This document shows, piece by piece, positions 38,659-52,200 of a stretch of 64,000 nt of DNA (positions within the stretch are counted from its first letter, which is position 1; every line of letters begins with the position of its first letter). This DNA comes from Tricharina praecox (taxonomy: Eukaryota), in NCBI RefSeq assembly GCF_024521635.1, contig NW_026250403.1:1240001-1304000 (forward strand). Reading direction: 5' to 3'. The notes beneath the pieces were generated by a model, which saw only the letters and a list, made by a program, of their open reading frames with translations, was not told the origin of the DNA and made no database searches. The translations under genes were made by a program, and so were the position numbers.

Positions 38659-40015
38659 CTACCGCTCAAAAGACGCACGACTCATCCCGCCCGGACTCGG
38701 CGTGCCAGTATCGATTCTCAGCGTCGGCAGCGTCTGGTTCGTCTCAACTCTCAACACCGGCAGCGTATCGATCCCGCGATTCCTCGTCTCTATAGGGCTG
38801 GTATAATCTGGCGGGGGGCCCCATTCGCTGCCATCGTAGTCTCCGGGCGCAAACGGCGGCGGGTGATCACCGTCGGCGACAGGACCCGACTCCCGGTGCG
38901 TTTCGGTGCTCGGCCGCGCACTCCCCATACGGATGATCTCCTCGCTCCCCCGGCGTTCCGGCGTGGCGCTGGAGTACGAGATGCCGCTCTCGGAGCGGCC
39001 ATGGGCGTAGGTGCTCCTGATGCTGCCGCCGCTATTGCCCATGGGCGCGCCAGCGTCCAGCAGCGGTCGGTCGGAATCCATACTCGGTCTCACCCTCGTG
39101 CCGTCGTGCCGTGCCACTCCGATCTCGGCATACTGGACCTTTGAGAGGCGTCGCTCGCGCTCGGTGATGCTCGCCAGCGCGGTCATCAATTGCGCCGCGG
39201 AAACGGGCGGATCCGGTGTCACGAGCCGCACGCTACTACCCGAGCTCCCCGGCCGCCCCATCGCCGCGGCAGCCGAAAGCTCCCCGCTCTCCCTGGCCGC
39301 TGCCCGCTCCAGCTGCCGCGCAAGCCGGATCTCGTACAGCGTCTGCATGTGCTCCTCGCGCCTGTTCTCCTCCTCATCGATCGTTTCGGGGAACTCAATC
39401 ACGACATCGATGCCACCGCGCTCTCCCTCGCGCGCAATGGTCCTCTCCCTATCCGCCGCCGCAATCGGGCGGTACTCCGGCAGCGTCATGACCGATCTCA
39501 CACTTGTATTCCTATCGACGCCTGCGCCCATCCCGCCCGCGTTATTGCGCAGGTGGCGATTCCGTGCGGAGTTCCGCGTCGACGGATGCCGCGGCGTGGG
39601 CCCCGGCGAGGTGTACGTCCCCGGGTTCCATTCTCGCCAGCGTTTGCGCAGCGTCTCGGGGAGGAACCGCGGTGGCTCGCGTTGGCGTTTGCGGCAGTGC
39701 CGCAGAATCATGTAGCCGATGAATAGCACCACTACCAGCGAGACGAAGACGACAGCGATCTGCCAGCGGATGTGTCAGCGCGGAAAGGGGAATGCGAGGA
39801 ATGCAGCGGAGCCGACGGGATGGGAATGCGGATGGGTGATATACGATTAGTGCTTTGGTCTGCCCATCGCTTCGAGGGGTTCCGCCTGTTTCACTATCAC
39901 CTCCACCACCACTACCACTACCACCGCCATTGTTATCGGCACCGCCTATAGCTTGTCGTCGTTGTGATTGATGTCGGGTCGCTCGTATGCGCAGCGAGGG
40001 TGTCGGTAACCACAT
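38659..40015 (-). CDS. Uncharacterised fungal single-pass membrane protein, ~423 aa; exons 40015-39845, 39759-38659
   Basis: TM segment IIAVVFVSLVVVLFIGYMIL followed by a basic stop-transfer stretch. Cytosolic motifs GVDRNTSVRSVMTLPEY, IAREGERGGIDVVIEFPET and EEENRREEHM resemble a family I recall from Pezizomycotina; C-terminal PPDY. Intron 39844-39760. Confidence 0.82.
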
Positions 40016-41289
40016 GTCTCTCCCTTTGCGAGCCCTCTATCGTATTTTCCGTCCTTCTTTCTTTCCTCCGGTATCGTATCTTTGTTGGAAGTATCGTCGT
40101 CGAAGTTAAAGTTGAAGTTGAAATCGATGAATCTTGCCCTCCTCTCTCAGCCTCTCCGAGTGTAGTGTCCGAGTGTCTCTTTCGTGTCCGGTTCGGTTCG
40201 TGTGAGGGGAAGGTGAACGTAGGTGGTAGAGGTGCGCGGCGTAATCAATCCCTCTTTCGTATGTATGCTATGTACTGTACTCCGCCTGCTTTGAATGTTG
40301 TGCTGTGCTGTGCTGACCGGACAGCTCCAATCCAATCAATTCAATTCGACCCCCCAAGAGAAAACCGCCAGGCAAGCCAGACAAGCCAGACACAGTGCAC
40401 ACACGCAAAAGTGGAATGCCCTTGCTGCACTGCGCTGGGCAGGGTGCTGGGCCTCCGGTAGGTAGGGTATCGATAGTTAGGTTTCTGCACCTGTCGTTCC
40501 AGTGTGTATGTAGTGTAGTAGTTATCGACGTCGGAATCCGAGCTGTTGCGAATGGTATGTGTACTTGTGAGCGGGCGGGCGAGTGGACGAACGGTGGATC
40601 AATACTTTTTTGCAGACAACTCCTTTCACACCTCGAGAAGGAGAGATGGGTATAGTAGAGTCCGGTAAAGTAGAAGAATTTCCAAAATTAGAGGGGAGCT
40701 ATGGAGTATGTAATTGTAATGTATCTGCTCTTCTCGGGAAAAGGGCAAGACGGCGGCGCGGACACGCGGCAGGGATCAGGACAGGATCAGGATCAGGATC
40801 AGGGTCGGCCCAAATGCTCCGCCTGGTAAGTACATGACAAGTGGACGGGTTCGCACTGCGCAGAAGCAGAAGGGCTGTGAAAAAGCCACAAGGGAAGGGA
40901 TCAGCCAGCTTTCTTGTTCTTGTCTTGAGACATTCGTGTCCCGACTCCCGTGGGCGGGATCATGGATGCACCCCGCCAAACAGTGACAGCGACACGCGCT
41001 TCTGTACGCGGAGTCTAGACGGGTGGTCTGGATGGTATAAATACTCTACATCCCTATTGTACGGTACTATACTCTACAGTGGAATAAACAAAACATATCT
41101 ACACAAATAAGAGGTCAAAGGTGAAGGTGAAAGTAAAGGGGAAGAAAGAATGAGGGGATAAATGTTACAGAGAACGGATGAAGGAGAACCAGACATGGGG
41201 GATAAATGCTCCAGAGAACGGATGAGCGAAAACAAGACATGGAATGTAAAGTAGTAGTCGACCGGAATGAACCCATCCGCCATATCTGT

Positions 41290-42786
41290 TTACACCTTTG
41301 CGACCAACGCCTCCTTCGCCGTCTCCTCAGTCACCAACTCCTTCTCCCCCTCATCTTCCTCCCACAGCTCCTCATCCTCCTCCTGTCCATTTCCCATGAC
41401 CTTATCCCACACACCCTGCCACAGCCGTGCCTTATGCGCCATGGCGAACACCAGGACCAACGGCAGATGCCAAACACTAGCCCAAAACAACCTCCTCGCA
41501 CGGCCCCCCTCACCCCCCTTCCTATAGAACCTCCAGGCCTCCCTGACGAGCCATGCGTTGACGACGCTCGAGTCAACGAGGAACCCAACATCCGTGACGC
41601 CGACCCACCACAATCCAAAGCAGATGGGAAAGAACAGCAGCGAGTACCGCAGCGCAACGCGCGCATTCATCGCGGGGTACTTCCACGCCGCCATCTGATA
41701 CCCGGCGGACCGGTACTCCTCGCGGATCGTCCACGAGAGCGAGTTGAAGTGCGGGAACTGCCAGGCGAAGAGGAGGGAGGCGAGGAGCCAGCCGCCCGGG
41801 TGGCCGAGCAGCTCCACGAACGTGCCATCGAGTGCCGTGGCACCGGAGGCCGCCGCCCAGCCCATCAATGGTGGGATGCCGCCGACCAACGCGCCCACCC
41901 ACGTATTGGCGACGGAGAGCCGCTTCATCGGCGTGTATACTCCTGCGTAGAGGATGATGTTGAGCGCGCCGAGGGCGGCGACGGTGGGGTTCACGCCCAT
42001 GTGTAGAGCTGCAACGCCGATGGTACCGGTGATTCCCGCGAATGTCACTGCTTGTCGAGTGCTGAGGAGGCCGCGGACGAGGGGTCGGTTCTTGGTGCGT
42101 GACATCTGCGCGTCGAACTTGGGTTCGTAGGCCATGTTGAGGGCATTGGCCGAGGACGAGGCGAGAGCCGTTCCGGCGGTGAGGTACAGCAGCGTGAGTG
42201 CCGAGAGGGTGGGCGCCGCCGGCGACGACAGCAGCGGGTCGACGGGGAATAGTGCGTACGAAGCCATGGTCGTGAGCACGATCAGCGCCGTCAACCGCGG
42301 CTTCGTGAGCGAAAGGTATGCCAGAGCGTCCCTACGCAACGCCGAGGTAGACGCTTCCGACGACGATGAGAGTAGCGACGACGCATCTGGTGGTATAACT
42401 GCATTGTCCCCCGTCGCTGCTGCCGCCGCCTTCGCTTTCCGTCTCCGGCGATGCGGAGGAACCATGCCATCTTCCCCCGTGACCCCCACCACATCGACCG
42501 CCGAGCTTCTCCCCCGCTTTACCAAGAAGCTATTCGCCAGGAAATAGTGCTGCGGCCTCCGCCATGTCCCGCCGGTTGCCACCGCAGGTCCCAGCGCGAC
42601 ACCATTCGCGGCAAAAAATGTACTCGAGAAACACCGCTTGCTCGATGGTGGTGGCGGTGGTGGTGATGGCGGCGTGGTTGTCCGCGAGAGAGTGTTGAGA
42701 CATTCGCGGCATATCCGCGATCTTGCAATAGTGGGCGGGGATGTGGCCAACCGCTGCAAGGCGATTGTGCTGCGGTGTAGTAACAT
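41290..42786 (-). CDS. COX10: Protoheme IX farnesyltransferase (heme O synthase), mitochondrial, 498 aa, intronless
   Basis: [39 protein letters not shown]...[30 protein letters not shown] and [13 protein letters not shown]. Confidence 0.97.
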   Translation of the reverse strand: MLLHRSTIALQRLATSPPTIARSRICRECLNTLSRTTTPPSPPPPPPSSKRCFSSTFFAANGVALGPAVATGGTWRRPQHYFLANSFLVKRGRSSAVDVVGVTGEDGMVPPHRRRRKAKAAAAATGDNAVIPPDASSLLSSSSEASTSALRRDALAYLSLTKPRLTALIVLTTMASYALFPVDPLLSSPAAPTLSALTLLYLTAGTALASSSANALNMAYEPKFDAQMSRTKNRPLVRGLLSTRQAVTFAGITGTIGVAALHMGVNPTVAALGALNIILYAGVYTPMKRLSVANTWVGALVGGIPPLMGWAAASGATALDGTFVELLGHPGGWLLASLLFAWQFPHFNSLSWTIREEYRSAGYQMAAWKYPAMNARVALRYSLLFFPICFGLWWVGVTDVGFLVDSSVVNAWLVREAWRFYRKGGEGGRARRLFWASVWHLPLVLVFAMAHKARLWQGVWDKVMGNGQEEDEELWEEDEGEKELVTEETAKEALVAKV

Positions 42787-43508
42787 GTGGAAGAATTCCC
42801 CCGCCGCCGGATTTCCTGGGGCCGCACGTCAACCTTTCGAAAAGAGTCCCTCCGTTTGTTTGTTTGTTTCGTACGGGAGGCCAATCGTATTCAGTGATCG
42901 AGTTTCGAAGTTCGTGGTTCGGGGTTTCGAGGAGAGACTTCAACTGCGATGCTCGCTCGGGTTTGAACTTCTCTGTGCCGGTTGGTTCTTGGCAATGCAG
43001 ACACTAAACTGAGTTTCGTGTTGCATGGCCACTCACTCACGCGTTTCTTTCTCCGCTCCCCGTCAAGAGCGATACACATGATGACGGATCGGCTTGGTCT
43101 AGATAGGCTCGTATGTACGTGATTATTGAGGAAATAAAATGTGTAAACTATGACGATAATGGGACTTGTCTTATTATCGTTCTGGAACTCGGTGATCCTC
43201 TCATCCCAATTCAACGTACCCTAGTCCTACCTACTATGTACAATACACACAATTACACACGACAACCATACAAATCAGACGAAAGTCAGCGCAGCACAGC
43301 ACAGCACAGGATCGGTCTCTCGCACAAGAGATAAAGCAAGCAAGCAGAATCAATAGCAGAGAAAGTTGAACACCTGCGCAAGATAAAATAAAGAACGAGT
43401 AAACAACCAACATCCCAATTGAGGGTAAGAAGTATGCAACAGAACCGAGAGACCCCCCAATCCACACCCTGTAATGCTTTCAAGCAAATAACGGCAAAGA
43501 AAATACAA

Positions 43509-46464
43509 TCATCCCTGCGGTCCAGGTGGCACAGCTCTAATCAGAACCCTCACGTTGTCGATGAATCCCTTGACCAGATCCTCATAGCTGTTCGGCTTCT
43601 TGTCCTTCGCCATCAGACCTTGCTTGCGAATCTCCGCTCCATCCACCTCGACTTCGAGTTCATGCTCCTTCTTGGTTGATTTCTATTCCGTGTTAGGTCC
43701 GAAATTTAGGGAAAACACCGAGAAAAGAAGAACTTACGCCCGTAACCTGGGTTAGGTCCACTTGATAGATCGTCTGGCGATAGCTTACGCGATCCTTGGT
43801 TCGGCTCCCCTCGGCGACTGGGTTGAGCTTCTCATGATCGCCAGCGAACGGCATTTCCATGTTCACGCTCACTCTCCAGTCGAACATGGTAAGAGGTGAG
43901 TACACGTTCATGTCGGCAATCCTAGTCTTGATGATTTTTCTGATCACTTGTCCCACAGAATCGGTAGTAACCCTAACGCGGACCCCGTGGCGGGGGTTAC
44001 GTGTTTGCCGGATCGAGGGAGGAAGGATGTGATGCATATCGGCGGGAAGGTCGTAGAAGGAATCGCGTTCGCGTGTATGTACATAAGTCAAAGGCATGCG
44101 GGCCGGCGCCTCGTGTTCCGCGTTGGGGCCTCTCTGGGATTCATGCAAGACCCGGTTGAGGAAGGTATTCAAATGCCTGTGTTGGACCTTCATTTTTTCT
44201 TCGGCATTAGCATTCTTCTGTGATCTGCGCGCGAGAGAGGACACGTACATCGGTCATGCTGCTCTTGAATTGCACTTGCCAACCTGGATCGGTATGATCG
44301 AATATCGTCTCCGTTCGTACTGGCAGGCGCAGTCTCTCCCCCGTAGCTCTATTCACCAGTTGGCCGAGCTTCGCCTCGATCTCTATGACAGCACCCTTTG
44401 GACCGTCGTTCACCAGCGCAGGATCGGTCTGCATCACGACATTTTGAAACAAGAAATCCGCGATTTGCATCGTGATCTCTTCGTACTGCTCTGTGTTGAT
44501 GATGTTGGGCTCCCACGGCCCGAATCCCGGAAGCAAGCGCGGCCCGGTCGCGTGGGGGGAAGGCCCAGGCTGCGTCGGCTGCGTCGGAAGGGGTCGAGAC
44601 TGCGGCTGTTCGATGGGAATGGGAGGCGGAGGCGGTGGCGGTGGCACAGAAGGGGTCGAGTGTTGTGGGGGTTGTGACGGATGGGTGGAAGGGGGAGGTT
44701 GTCGCCTATTGGACATGACGGGGCTACTGCTGGAGCTGCGACTGGCTTTCCGAGCCCATATCGGCGCCTCGCCTCCCCGCTGCCGTTTTCTCGGGGGAGC
44801 GGATAAACTGGAGCTATTACTATGTCCATCAGCGGGATGGTCGCGTTGGGTTGGTTTCGCGGATAGCTGTCGAGGTGGCTGGGATTTGGGGCTTGATGAC
44901 GACGTGGACGATGCGGATGATGATATAGGTTGCCTTGGAATTAGGGAGTTTGGGTTTGGGGGTTGAGCTGACCTTGGTGCAGGTGGAGGTGGTGGTGGAG
45001 GCCGAGACTGGGGCTGTTCGGTAGCAGTAGGAGGTGGTTGTGGCCCAGGAGGAGGAGGAGGGCAAGGTGGTGGACCAGTACTATCTTTTGATGGCGACGA
45101 CATTTGGTAATAATGAGGTGTGTGAGGGTTGGGGGCGATGTTTTTTTTATGGTTATTATGCGATGAAGGTTGTGGAGTAGTGGAGTGGGCTTGGTGTTGG
45201 CGGTCATCCTTTCGTTCATCGCCAGAACCGTTGAGCTTAATTCTGTCTGAAACGGGGCTGTTCCACTTTCGTTCGTCAGGGGGGGCACTATCCACTTCCA
45301 TCGCGTCGTTTCGTCGGTCTTGCCCCATTGCTGACGAACTACGATAGTCAGGCTGATGATGATGCTGCTGCACTTGTTGATGTTGCTGCTGCTGCAGCAA
45401 CTGCTGTTGTTGCTGTTGTTGCTGTTGCTGTTGTTGCTGCTGATGTACCTGCTGATGTACTTGCTGGTGCTGCTGCTGTGAATGTTGCGGATGCTGTTGA
45501 TGGTGTTGCCCTTGTTGTTGTTGTGGTACTGGCGAATGGGGAGGAGGTGGCGGTGGTTTGTGCGGGTGATGAGCTGGTCGCGCCATTCCGCGGTGCGCAA
45601 TTGAATCGCCCGGTTCTTTGTTGATCCCTGAAGAAAAGTCTTCGCCGGGTAGATATGGTACTTCGGTTTTGGGGTTGATGCTGACATCGCGTTCGCGTTG
45701 CCGTTGGATTGACCTCTCTCTTTCGTCACGCGGAGTAAGTGCCCCTATAGAAGGAGGCGCTCTGTCGGGGCCCATAGTATGGGGGGATCTGTCAGTCACA
45801 GGTGGCATGGAACTCATTCTACCCTCCACGGGCGAGGTAATCGGTGATGGTTGCGGGTAGACATGCTGGTGGTGCGGGTGATGATGATGATGCGGAGAGT
45901 GTGCAGGATAGAGGGAAAGCGGTGAACGAGGAGGTTGCTGCTGCTGCTGAAGCTGATGTTGCTGCTGCTGTAGAGGGGAGTATTGGCGTGACGGGCTTGG
46001 TTGCCGTATGGGCGCCGGTGGCGGCGGCGGCGGAGGTGGTGGTGGGAAGTGACTATGCGGCGATGGCGACACGGCGCTTGTGGGTGTATTGCTGTGCGCA
46101 GTGGAGTGCGCACTCAAAGGATGCGGAGTATGGGGAGTTCCGTGTGGGGTAACGATCGGTGACGATGCATAGCCCTGCTGTGGCTGCTGTTGGTGATGGG
46201 GGTTATGATTGTGGTGGTGGTGGTGGTGTTGCTGCGAGAGCGGGGATGCGGGCGGGCCCGAGGGGTATGGGTATTGCGACGACGACGGCGAAGAAAACCT
46301 GGTGCCCGGCCCTGGTTTCGACGATGGGGAGTAGGGTGAATGTGGAGGGTACTGGGGAGGGACGTATCGACCGTGGCTGGACGAGGGAAACGGCGAGCGA
46401 GGAGGCTGTAGAGGCGGAGGAGGAGCTGGTCGGCGATGTTGTGGTTGCTGAGGCTGAGGCTGAG

Positions 46465-46495
<31 letters not shown>

Positions 46496-46582
46496 TTGTT
46501 GCATGGACGGCAGTAGTGAAGGAGACTGAGCCGTAGTGGGTGCGGGTACGTCATTGTTGTTGAGCATGGCCCGGAGATCCAT
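43509..46582 (-). CDS. CET1: mRNA-capping RNA 5'-triphosphatase (Cet1/Pct1, CYTH fold) with a long Q/H/P-rich N-terminus, ~985 aa; exons 46582-44249, 44187-43738, 43682-43509
   Basis: Metal-binding motifs IEIEAKLG and HELEVE; FKSSMT; RVRVTTD; IIKTRIAD; FDWRVSVNME; KDRVSY...VDLTQV. PIWARK resembles the Cet1 guanylyltransferase-binding WAQKW motif. Confidence 0.93.
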
Positions 46583-49217
46583 CTTGCGGTGAGCGCGCGC
46601 GCCGGCAATAACAGCACAGGTTCGGGAGTTGAGGTTCGCCCGCGTCTGTTCGGCGGAGGGTTGTTGCCGACGGTCTAGACAGCAGTGGGAGGGGGGGAAC
46701 GATCGGGAGATGTGGCAGGGACGTATTCGGGGCACAAATTGGGCGGTGTTTGCGCGGCTTCGGCGAGCGATATGATTGAGGGAAGATTCGATGGGGGGCG
46801 GATGGACGATTGATTGAGTACAGGTATTGTTTTAGGGTGTCGGTTAGTTTGTTGGTTGTTGTTGTTCGCTCGCTCGTCAGGGTTGGGTAGCGAGTGTGAG
46901 CAGGCGGTTGATGGGGCGATTGGTCTTGTCAATATCGGGAGGCAGCCAGACGAATGGATAGAGTGGGCTTCGCGGGTTGGCCAAGTGCGGGTTTCAATAG
47001 GAAAACGACGAGGCGCAGAGGCAAGGCAGCATGGTCATTTAATCGCGAGGAGACGGAGATGGAGACTGGAGACTGGGCGATGGGGATGGAGACCTGAGGG
47101 AGGAAGAAGGCAGGTGGTGGACGTGGGAACAGGAAGGGTGATCGTACAAGAGAAGCGACGACGACGACGACGACGACAGAGAGAAGCGCGTTGAGTGATA
47201 CAGGAGGGGACAAGAGAGGGAGAGGGAGAGGGAGAAGGAGAGGGAGAGAGAGATTTCATGAGAAGGTTATTTTTCTGCTTTCCGGATTGGCGTGAACCAA
47301 AGAGCAGTTTTGCGGAATGGATTATGTTGCTGTTATTGTTATAGCCGCGCCTGATCAATCGTCTTCCGCTGCTTTTCTTTTCGCCCAGGCAGTGCACGCG
47401 TTTCTGATTCGGAAGATTTCCGGAAGGCTGTTCGCGGCGGGCTGTGGAGAGACTCCTCGTGGAAATCCCGACAGAGAGGGGAGACAATCGAAGGGCATAA
47501 AGAAGCTTTTAAGCAAAAGAAGAACGTCAACGAAGGGGGGGAGGCACAAGGTTATTGAGGCTCTCTCTCCTCTCCCCACAATCTGAAACCGTGGCACACA
47601 GTGTTTCTCAAGACAAACAGATAGCCGAGACCTACCAGTACCAGCACCACCATTATCGCTGAGCTTATTATGACTGTTTGTCTTGCGGGCTGGCGTGGTT
47701 GCGTGACTCCAGCCATGTCAACCGAACGCACCATGGTGAAGTAAGCGTAGCCGCGCGCTTATTGGGGATTGAGAGCCATGGCAATCACTTCGCCATGTGC
47801 ATGGACTCTGATTGACAGCCATCGATGAGCATCACTTCGCCAATCAATCCCACGTACGTAAGGGGAAGCGTGACCATCTATCTTGTCACACTTCGGCCAA
47901 TTACCACTGTCCTCCCTCATCAATCCTCTAACGCAGCCATTCATAGGTACAGACATAGGCATCGAAAGCCCGTAGGTACTCTATCCCATCCCACGTGATT
48001 CCACATGTAGAGTACTATCCAGAGCGCAGCCGGAGAAGCGGATTTACCGCGGTAGACTTTCGGGCGCCCCACCGGGAATACGGAGCTCCATCCTTCACAC
48101 ATGTCTCAGGCTCTCAGCAGTACTGCCCAATCCATCGCGGCGGCCGCGACGATCCCATACGCATGTAGGGTGGAAACCGGTGCGTCATGCGATTGACATT
48201 GCCAGTCTCAAAGCCGTCGATACCACCGGCCCTATGTATGTAGATAAATGTGTGTAAGAAGGGGTTGTGGTAAGGGGGGGTTATAGTGGTTAGCCGGATG
48301 TGTCCTCGGTGGGGGGTTGTGGAGAGAAAAATTAGGTGCTGAGCTGGGGGAGGGGGGAGGGGGCTTTCCCACGTTAACCATGATCTTCGTTAAGCGAACG
48401 AATGGTAGTGGCACACTACTCTAATAACCTCCGTCTCTGTCTCCGTCTCTGATTCTTGGCCTTATATAGCATTGTAACGACCCTTTGTCCCATCATCGGG
48501 TCTTTCTTTTGTTTGAGCCGTCCGTCAATTCCAAGAGCCTTTCGGCAGGCCTTCTGAATCCAAGAGGATTCTCCGGCTCCTACAAGCTTTTCCCCCGAAC
48601 ACGTTATCCAACTGCCACGAGCTTTCAGATACTTACCGGTAGGTCTGTCTGAACCTACCACTTACATCTCGACAAGCGTTGAACGTCTCCACGTGCTGAA
48701 TTCCCACCTCGAGACTTCACCTTCGCTTCCACTCATCCTTAATCAACTGCCCGAGAAGCAACAAGGCTTGGAAGGCGGATTAAGCGTAAGGATGGTCGTC
48801 CGTTTATTTCTGACAATGTAGAAAGGAAGAAATTTACTTACGTATGATACAGAAGAGCTGGAGCACACAGCTAGCCAAACCAACCAATCCGCTCAGACAA
48901 ACACGACAGAGACGCAGTCTTCCGTCCTCAATCAACGTCACCACACCCCATTGGAAGCAAATACAACAGTGATATTCCGAACAAAAATACCTTGATAAGT
49001 ATTCTACACTAACCAAACCAATATCTCCCATGGCTCGCAAAAGAAACAAGCCCCTACAGGGCAAAAAAAAAGGTGATCGCCCCCTCCATCCATCCATCCA
49101 TCAACCCAAAAAAACGCCGGCGCCGATCATAGAAACATGCTCTCCATGGGTACTTCATGAAACTTAGAAGGAAAAAAACAAAAAACAAAACCCCAGTCCA
49201 GCCCAGAATCCGCCACT

Positions 49218-52200
49218 CTAATGCGTTGCTACATCTTCCGGCTGGGACGCCGACGCCGACGCCGCCTCACCGTCATCAGCCGCAATCTCATTTCCTTGAA
49301 CCGACATCTCCATTTCCCGTCCTTTGGCCGCACTCTGCGCCGAGTGCAACTGTAGTGGCAATGCATTCACGTAGTTCATCTTGAACAGATGCCAGCAGCT
49401 AGACAATCCCGTTAGCTCTTTGTCATCACCAGATAGGAGCGGGACCACAAACCTCGGTGCTTCCAACACATATCTCTCCATAGCCTCACGGAACCTATGC
49501 TTATATTCCTTCGGACTGGTAATGGTGGGCTTATTCCTTCCACCGCCGGCAAAGCCCTTCTCCTTGACCCAGCTCTCCAACTTCTTATCCAAGGTGAAGG
49601 TGCGAATGCAGTCGATGATGCCCACACACAGCTCTTTGCGGTTTTCATCGATGCCGATCATGAGGGAGTAATCCATCACGTCTTGCTTCTGGAGGAATAA
49701 CGTGTCGTTGTGCAGACTGACTCGGAGGAGCTTCTTCGAGTGCTCGCGGACGAAAAGTGGCGATTCGTAGATAAACTCCACCATGTTCTCGTCCAGGAGG
49801 ACTTCGTTCTGCTCCCCCGTCGATTGCATGTAGCGGTTGCGCATCGAGCCTTTAAGATCAAATATCTACGAAAATCAGTGCTGCCCAGTATCAAATATAA
49901 AAGGGAATGTGTGGTATCACCCGTGTGGTTTTGCGGTCATAGAAGAGGTTCTCCATGACTAGTATATCCCACTTGATCTCGGTGCCGGTGCTGGGGTTCT
50001 TGATCATGATCTGATAGAACCCCAACATTTTCGCGATAACCGTGGGCAACTGCTGAACATTAGCAATCATGACGAGACTGCCCGGCGAAGGGAGTGCTTA
50101 CCTCATGGAAGAAAGCTTCGCTCATAAACTGGAAGTACGCCGGTGCGAACTTGATGAAAGCTGCAGTCTCCACTGGACTCAAGCTCTTGAGGACTATCCG
50201 CTCATCCTGTGTCTTCAAGAAGACACTTCTCGTCTTCCCTCCCTTACTATCCCATTTGATGCAACGACTCAGACTCTCGACATATCTATCCGCGACACCA
50301 CAGTTCCTCCTCAGCGCGTCGAACTGCTCAGCATAGAATATCTTGCAGAACATCTTCGCGGTGCCTTCCTGGAACTGATACTTGAGATGTGTCCCAGTGG
50401 TCTTGAGAAGACTTCGCTCGAGCTCGGGGTGCTCCTGAAGGTTGAAAGAATGGCTGTGAACTTGTTCCTCCGAGCTCGTCGGTCTCTCGTTGCCGATGTG
50501 TGAATAATCAGAGTGACGAATGTCCTTGAGTTTCTGAACATAATCGCTGCAGTTGAGCGTGAACGCGATAAGTGAACTGGGTTCATCCTCGCGCACGATG
50601 ATATCCGAATCGTTAAAGACATGATCGGTTGGATGGAGGGGGTATTCCAGAGACGTCCAACCACTTGCAGATCGTTCGGCCCAGAAGTTACTCAACATCT
50701 TCATCCAAGCCGAACGATGCTGCTGGGGAAGCCCAAGCTTCAGATCCAATTGGGCCGACTCCACAACCAACTGCGCTGACTCCACATCCGTATCCACTGT
50801 GGGCGGCAATACATCACTGATAGAAGGTACCACCATTGTTTCCTGGTCACTAACCATAGACATCTCACCATCACTAGCATCAGCATCGGCTTCGCCGTCC
50901 ACGTCCGCATCAACATCTGACTGGGATTGGCTAAGAGGAGCCATATGACCGGGAAGTTCGGACAGTGTATCGGGAGTTGAGGCCAGGTGATTTACATCCG
51001 GCTCAGGCGTTAACATTGATTCTTCTGGAGAAAGAACGGGGGATACCGTTTTGAAGGTCGAGCTAGAATTTGCGCTTAGGTTGCTCACTTCTTTGGTGGC
51101 CAATCCAGGTGGCTGTTCTTCGTCGGAGCCCTCCTCGACTGCTTCCCTGACATTTTTGTAGACTTCAACGATGGGACGAGAAGTGGCAACGGGCAGGGCC
51201 CGAGCTCGTTTTGCTGCAAGCTGACGTTTCTCCCTAGCTCTCTCCCTTTCAAACTCTTTACTCAGCTGCTCGAAGTGCTTTGCCAGGTTCGAGACTCTGG
51301 TAGGCGGCGTTGCTATCGGACGCTTGAGACCAATGTTCGTGGCGGGAATGGATCGGGGAATCTGAGATTGCGTCTCTTTTTCCTTTGGCTTCTTCGCGAG
51401 AGAAGACAGCCGGGACTTTTCAAGCTTCTTCTCGTTTCTGATCTTCTCGGTGGTCTTACCAACGATAGTCCCCTTCTTCATTGGCATAGTTGGAGATCGA
51501 CGCCCAATGCCTGCACTTGCAGGACCGGCCAAGTCCTTTCGTCGAGGAACCTCTGGCACTGAGACGGTTCTCGAGAAAGACGGGGGTGGCCTACGGCGTG
51601 AGTTATCGAGCCGAGGGATTGCAGAGACCTGAGGCAGACGAGAGATATCAGACAGGCTTGGTCGCTTCGCATGGCGAGTGGATGATTCGCTCTCCGATCT
51701 GTCCGTCTCTACAAAAGACGGAATACTGCTCGGTTTCTCTGGTGTGGGCGGTTGGAAAACAGTTTCCTGGCCAGCTGGAGCGTCTGCATCGGAAGCAATA
51801 ATTTCGATACTCTTCTCTTGCTTCGGGATCACATTGCTATCGGAAATGCTCAAATCTCCTGTAGCCATATCGTCTGCCATAATTTTGTCGAGTCTGGATT
51901 CCCCCGATGGAGCTGGACTCTTTGAGGTAACTTCATCGTCCCTCTCATTGGTCTGTTCCTCCTCTTCAACGGTGGACACAAGGACATCGGGGGTCGACTC
52001 GGAGGGAAATTGGGGCAAAGCGTTGGTATCTGAAGGGTTGGCCCCGTCTATTGAATTGGCTCTTGTCCCTTCTTCCTTCTCCTGCATTGGAGTAGGCTCG
52101 TTTTCTGACTGAAGCGATGTGGTCGAAGTATTATCGAGAAAGATCTTCTTGAGATACTGCGTTGCAAGGCGTCTGATATCCTTTTCGGAAGGGAAATACT

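Noticed and set aside
41290..41301. C-terminal -AKV of COX10 as a PTS1-like signal
   Set aside because: It is a non-canonical tripeptide on a polytopic mitochondrial inner-membrane protein that has an N-terminal presequence.
48155..48245. CATACG...TAGGGTGGAAA, weakly resembling the start of a dispersed 5S rRNA
   Set aside because: The internal conserved 5S segments are absent and the similarity stops after about 25 nt.
48629..48640. ATACTTACC, resembling the 5' end of U1 snRNA
   Set aside because: No U1 stem-loop I (GATCACGAAG-like loop) or Sm site follows. It is simply the complement of a 5' splice-site-like GGTAAGTAT.
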